DNA of 63,607 nucleotides, filler included, from Octopus bimaculoides (Eukaryota): NCBI RefSeq assembly GCF_001194135.2. It is 7 parts of 5 records of this genome, joined end to end, with 100 filler letters (N's around TTAATTAATTAA, not from the genome) between each part and the next. Parts side by side here need not be neighbours in the genome. Positions count along the whole stretch, not along the records: positions 61,851 to 63,607 come from NW_026418739.1; 6 more parts are not named here. One strand, 5' to 3'. Shown piece by piece: positions 62,576 to 63,607 of this stretch (position 1 is its first letter; each line of letters starts with the position of its first letter). The notes under the pieces were generated by a model. It saw only the letters and a program-made list of their open reading frames with translations, ran no database searches and was not told where the DNA came from. The position numbers and the translations under genes were made by a program.

Positions 62576-63607
62576 TATATATATATATNNNNNNNNNNNN
62601 NNNNNNNNNNNNNNNNNNNNNNNNNNNNNNNNNNNNNNNNNNNNNNNNNNNNNNNNNNNNNNNNNNNNNNNNNNNNNNNNNNNNNNNNNNNNNNNNNNNN
62701 NNNNNNNNNNNNNNNNNNNNNNNNNNNNNNNNNNNNNNNNNNNNNNNNNNNNNNNNNNNNNNNNNNNNNNNNNNNNNNNNNNNNNNNNNNNNNNNNNNNN
62801 NNNNNNNNNNNNNNNNNNNNNNNNNNNNNNNNNNNNNNNNNNNNNNNNNNNNNNNNNNNNNNNNNNNNNNNNNNNNNNNNNNNNNNNNNNNNNNNNNNNN
62901 NNNNNNNNNNNNNNNNNNNNNNNNNNNNNNNNNNNNNNNNNNNNNNNNNNNNNNNNNNNNNNNNNNNNNNNNNNNNNNNNNNNNNNNNNNNNNNNNNNNN
63001 NNNNNNNNNNNNNNNNNNNNNNNNNNNNNNNNNNNNNNNNNNNNNNNNNNNNNNNNNNNNNNNNNNNNNNNNNNNNNNNNNNNNNNNNNNNNNNNNNNNN
63101 NNNNNNNNNNNNNNNNNNNNNNNNNNNNNNNNNNNNNNNNNNNNNNNNNNNNNNNNNNNNNNNNNNNNNNNNNNNNNNNNNNNNNNNNNNNNNNNNNNNN
63201 NNNNNNNNNNNNNNNNNNNNNNNNNNNNNNNNNNNNNNNNNNNNNNNNNNNNNNNNNNNNNNNNNNNNNNNNNNNNNNNNNNNNNNNNNNNNNNNNNNNN
63301 NNNNNNNNNNNNNNNNNNNNNNNGCACAATTTTGCTAAAAAAAAATAATGCAGTTTCGAAGTAAAACTTTGATAAACAGATTATCATTGGAAAGATCAGT
63401 ATTTTAGGAAAATATTTCAAGCCGTGTTACTTATTTTGTCTACTGTCTGATTCAAATATCTATTGTTGTTTTATTTATCATGAGGTTGTTGCTATTTTTG
63501 TGGTTGTTGTTTGATGTTGCAATAACAGCTTTCTCTGTGTGTGTGTGTGTGTGTGTGGGTGTGTGTGTGGGTGTGTGTATGTATGTGTGTGTGTGTGTGT
63601 GTGTGTG

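Noticed and set aside
3464-63420. Dozens of ORF-track entries rich in YI/CV/HT/LS dipeptides or X runs
   Set aside because: They are translations of (AT)n, (GT)n, (ATAG)n, (CAT)n microsatellites or N gaps, not genes.
1-63607. CRISPR arrays, operons, rRNA or other prokaryotic systems
   Set aside because: No repeat-spacer arrays, rRNA-like or gene-dense segments; the window is intron- and TE-rich eukaryotic DNA.

Overview
AT-rich, microsatellite- and transposon-dense eukaryotic DNA with many assembly gaps. The repeat landscape suggests a coleoid cephalopod, most likely Octopus; this is inference. Two sets of spliced + strand exons are supportable. (1) A Cys-rich module at 38.2-46.8 kb: a possible CAP/CRISP-tail-like exon, an EGF-like exon (39734-39835), a ShKT exon (42814-42930) and two short Thr-rich exons. 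This resembles the C-terminal half of invertebrate CAP/CRISP (cysteine-rich venom-protein-like) proteins. (2) Three internal HERC2 exons (53154-53336, 55520-55608, 57768-58032) encoding the cytochrome-b5-like domain and the conserved SSPLIDTERxLGLLLGLHA segment. All splice phases from the EGF exon to the HERC2 exons are compatible, and I found no upstream HERC2 exon in the window. The locus is therefore a chimeric gene, a same-strand gene nested in a large HERC2 intron, or a scaffolding join; two unknown-size linker gaps lie between the two parts. The rest is decayed TEs: at least four tRNA-derived SINE families, RTE and R4/Dong-like LINE fragments, Penelope-like RT and GIY-YIG fragments with hammerhead-like motifs, five mariner pieces, one Tc1, a Helitron helicase end, and several MITEs. 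Nearly all ORFs in the supplied track are microsatellite or gap artefacts. Protein-family comparisons are from memory, not database searches.
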